NCBI RefSeq assembly: GCF_902713615.1
Contig: NC_052156.1
Location: 151,220,804 to 151,284,803 of the forward strand
Length of the DNA stretch: 64,000 nucleotides
DNA from: Scyliorhinus canicula
Lineage: Eukaryota
Direction of reading: 5' to 3'
The notes below the pieces were generated by a model, which did no database searches, was not told the origin of the DNA, and saw nothing but the letters and a program-made list of their open reading frames with translations. Shown here piece after piece: positions 61,235 through 64,000 of this stretch. Position 1 is the first letter of the stretch; every line of letters starts with the position of its first letter. The translations under genes and the position numbers were made by a program.

Positions 61235-62500
61235 TTTAAGCAGGCTTTTGACAAGGACTCACACAGGAGATTAGCAAAATTAGAGCCCATGGGTTTTGGA
61301 GTATTATACTGGCATGGATTAAGAATTGGCTAATGCACAGAAAAGAGAGTAGGAATAAATAGGTTATTCACAGGATGGCAGGTTGTGACTAGTGAGCTAC
61401 CTCAAAAGGATCAGTGCCCAGGCCCCTGCTATTCGCAATCTACATCAATGGTTTGGATATGTGGAACAAATGCAATATTTCCAAGTTTGCTGATGACACA
61501 AAACTAGATAGGGATGTGAATTGTGAGGAGGATTTAAAGAGGCTTCAAGGAGATTTAGACAGACTGAGTGGGCAAGTACATGGCAGATGGAATATAATGT
61601 GAAAAATGTGAAGTTTTCCACTTTCATATGGAAAACAGAAATGCAGAGTATTTCTTAAACGGCAAGTGATTGGGAAGTGTTGATGTTCAAAGCCTTGTCC
61701 TTGTTCTAAGTCACTGAAACCTAACATGCTGTGCAGCAAGCAAGTAGGAAAGCAAATGATACGTTGGCCTCTGTTGTAAGAGGATTTGAGTACAGGAGTA
61801 AAGAAGTTTTCCTGTAATCCCCCTTTGGTGAGACCATACCTGATGCATTGTATACAGTTTGGTATCCTTACCTCAGAAAATATATGTTTGCTATAGGGCC
61901 AACGCAATAAAGGTTCACCAGACTGTATATGGATTGTCCTGTGAGGACAAACTGGGATCACTGGGCCTATGGCCTCTGGAATTTTGAAGAATAAGAGGTG
62001 GTCCCATTAAAGCATATATGGCTGGATAATCTAGTTGCAGGAAGAATGATTTTCCTGGTTGGGAGGTTTCCAGATGCAGGGGACACAATCTCAAAATGAG
62101 AGTTAGGTCATTTAGGGACTGGTTTAGCTCACCAGGCTAAATCGCTGGTTTTTCAAGCAGGCCAGCAGCACGGTTCGATTCCCGTACCAGCCTCCCCGGA
62201 CAGGCGCCGGAATGCGGCGACTAGGGGCTTTTCACAGTAACTTCATTGAAGCCGACTCGTGACAATAAGCGATTTTCATTTTCATTTCATTATGACTGAT
62301 GAGGAATTTCACCACTCAAAGGATGGCGAATCTTTGGAATTCTCTACTGCAGAGGGCTGCAGAAGCTTTGTCATTGAATATATTCAGGACAGAGATTGCT
62401 AGATCTCTAGATATTAGATGAATCAAGACACATGGGGATAATGCAGGATAGTGGCATTGAAGTAGAAGCTCGGCCATGATCTAGTTGAATGGTGGAGCAG
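61235..62500 (+). mobile_element. Old CR1 3' remnant interrupted by a SINE at 62115-62291
   Basis: LLFAIYINGLD...ISKFADDTKL. Confidence 0.75.
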
Positions 62501-62585
62501 GCTCACGTGATTTCCTATTATACCAGCAGTAAGGAGAATACCTGGAAAGAAGCAGACACTAACGCCAGGTTATTTTGTTTTTCAG

Positions 62586-62615
62586 AAATGCCTTTACTGG
62601 GAGATGTTGTAGAAG
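62586..62615 (+). CDS. Candidate 30-nt cytoplasmic microexon: (E)MPLLGDVVE(G)
   Basis: Acceptor tattttgtttttcag|, donor GAAG|gtaatg, phase 1-1; in frame with the TM exon. Confidence 0.6.
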
Positions 62616-63325
62616 GTAATGAGCTGAGTTCTGTTTTGTGTTCTTCGATTCTAGGATATATAATGCTACTACATCTGACTACAGTGATAAAATCTGTTTG
62701 AATCAATTTTTACAAAAACCCTACCTGATCCTCTGAGAACAGTGATGACATGTTTGATTTTGTAATTTAGCCAGGAAAAAATTGAATTCTTTTCATTAAA
62801 TAATTTGGAACTTGATTGCCATATATTAAAGGAGATTAAAAACTATAGACATATGTCATTTTTTAGCTCTGTATATTGGGAAAATATTTTTAAAAATCAT
62901 TAGCTTATCAAGTATATTCCATTCAGAAAACATGAACAATCTAATAGGTATCTGCATTTCAATTTTCTCCTAAAGCCACCCGCCCACATTAATGGGGCAA
63001 TTAGAAACTGCTTTAAAACCGTGATAATGTCATCTGGATGTTCCTCCCCACACAGTACATTGATGAGAAATCTGACTTGGTTTTCATGCTTCCTTTAGAT
63101 CTTCCAAAAATATATTTGGCACACCCTTCTGGTGAGTTTCTTGGGGTGTAACCATATTCTGCTGAAACACTCCTCCGAGTAATTTCATCTTGCACGTCTA
63201 GCACCCAGATATAAATTAGGACTCAACTGGTGATCCAAACCTGATAACGTTTTCTCACACGTTCAATTTGACAGCATGGTTATGAAACCGTGATTCTCTT
63301 TCTGTGCTGAATAACACGGTAAAGG

Positions 63326-63606
63326 TGATGTGACCATCAATTCACACGACACGTGGTTGGAAGTGAACAGTGGTTTTAATAGTCTTTCAACAGAGCCTGC
63401 CTGTGACGAGATGAACTGGCAGGCAGGCTCACGACTGCCAAGCTTTATACTTCCGGTTAGTGGGCAGAGCCAAGGGTGGAGTCCAGTACAAACTCCTCAT
63501 CTCCCCTATGGGCAGAGCCATGCAACTGCTTGTATACCGAGCTTACATAGACACAATACATCATATATAATAACAGTGTGAATTACACGGACTGTGATTC
63601 ACCACA
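63326..63606 (-). mobile_element. Solo LTR, same family as 58354-58661, opposite orientation
   Basis: TGATG...TCACCACA termini; 5-bp TSD AAAGG (63321-63325, 63607-63611). Confidence 0.85.
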
Positions 63607-63611
63607 AAAGG

Positions 63612-64000
63612 AATGGAAGCTTTAGAAGCAGGATTAGACCATTTGGTCCTTTGACCCTGATCAGCCATTCAATAAATCCTTTTTGGTCTGGCTGTGGTCT
63701 CAACTCCACTTTCCTATTCGGCCCCCATGACATTATTGTCTATCAAAACTCTATCTAACTCCACCTTCAATAAATTCAATGACCCAGACTCCACAGCTTT
63801 CTGGTGGCGAGAATTCTACAGATTAAACACCCTCCGAGAGAAGAAAATTCTACTTGTCTTGGTCTTAAAAGCAAGACATCTTATTCTTAAACTGGGGTTC
63901 CAATTCCAGCCTTCACCACAGAGAGGAAACATTCTTCTGATTAAATCCCCTCAGGATCTTGTATGTTTCTGTAAGATCATCTCTCATTCTTCTAAACGCC
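63612..64000 (-). mobile_element. CR1 3' remnant
   Basis: Similar to the CR1 3' ends at 21530-21900. Confidence 0.65.

Overview
Vertebrate genomic DNA, very probably an elasmobranch and plausibly a catshark. This is inferred from HE1-type SINEs and the CR1, Tx1/L1, Penelope and Harbinger repertoire. Most of the window is nested, mostly decayed transposable elements, but two + strand immune-type genes can be rebuilt by hand from splice signals. (1) The 3' end of an inhibitory-receptor-like gene: a probable 74-nt exon (1009-1082) and a terminal exon (7676-7798) encoding two tyrosine motifs, ICYAEL and IVYSTV. (2) The 5' part of a B7/butyrophilin-fold type I membrane protein gene: an ISRE+ETS promoter with a non-coding exon ending at 47457, a leader exon (ATG 53563), one IgV exon (54929-55276), a stalk+TM exon (59095-59256) with no IgC exon in between, and a candidate 30-nt cytoplasmic microexon (62586-62615). 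This gene runs off the window. Splice phases are compatible with the two genes being tandem paralogues (a B7-fold, single-IgV, ITIM-bearing family), but this is inference. Notable elements are a 3.7-kb hAT transposon with perfect TIRs, an 8-bp TSD and one nonsense codon in intron 1 of gene 2, and a pol-less LTR element that has taken up a CR1 RT in frame. All calls are by eye; repeat boundaries without a TSD are approximate.
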